In this document: positions 63,891 to 64,000 of the stretch, in pieces
How positions within the stretch are numbered: the first letter of the stretch is position 1
Layout of the letters: each line of letters opens with the position of its first letter
Source: Alphaproteobacteria bacterium
GTDB lineage: Bacteria > Pseudomonadota > Alphaproteobacteria > SHVV01
Length of the DNA stretch: 64,000 nucleotides
NCBI GenBank assembly: GCA_965261735.1
Contig: OZ253470.1
Span: forward strand, 2,496,001 to 2,560,000
Reading direction: 5' to 3'
Translations under genes and position numbers: made by a program
The notes under the pieces: model-generated
Seen by the model: only the letters and a program-made list of their open reading frames with translations
Databases searched by the model: none
What the model was told of the DNA's origin: nothing

Positions 63891-64000
63891 ATGCCGAAAG
63901 CTATCCGATTCTACAAAAACGGTGGTCCGGACGTTTTCCGGTGGGAAGACGTGACGCTCGGTGACCCTGGCCCCGGCGAGGCGCGCATCACGCACAAGGC
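63891..64000 (+). CDS. Quinone oxidoreductase family protein (5' fragment)
   Basis: MPKAIRFYKNGGPDVFRWEDV....PGPGE, open to the window edge. Confidence 0.75.
   Translation, partial: MPKAIRFYKNGGPDVFRWEDVTLGDPGPGEARITHK

Overview
High-GC alphaproteobacterial chromosome segment (Rhodospirillales-like gene order), probably close to the replication origin: it carries mnmE-mnmG-rsmG-parA-parB with a perfect parS core, and leuS-lptE-holA. The left ~5.6 kb is the decayed end of an island integrated at tRNA-Ala(CGC), with a P4-like tyrosine integrase, nested IS1380/IS1595 remnants and a COG3014-like lipoprotein running off the window. The backbone has yggT-yggU-folD, a MarR regulator, a Ubi hydroxylase, an amidase, aminotransferase-ftsK-lolA-xth, cenR, an L,D-transpeptidase family gene, yggS and a porin. 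Two uncharacterised modules stand out. (i) An ~18 kb locus (18245-36485) combines four glycosyltransferases, a histidine phosphatase, a deacetylase, two methyltransferases and a family-5 ABC importer. It is flanked by a stand-alone cNMP-binding protein with a degenerate, internally repeated ABC exporter on one side and an MBL hydrolase on the other. (ii) A sulfation module (42286-50388) has an APS kinase fused to an apparently dead CysN GTPase, a methyltransferase, a GT9-like protein and two sulfotransferases. Several single-base frameshifts (mnmE, a hydrolase) look like assembly errors. All calls come from reading motifs by eye; no searches were run.
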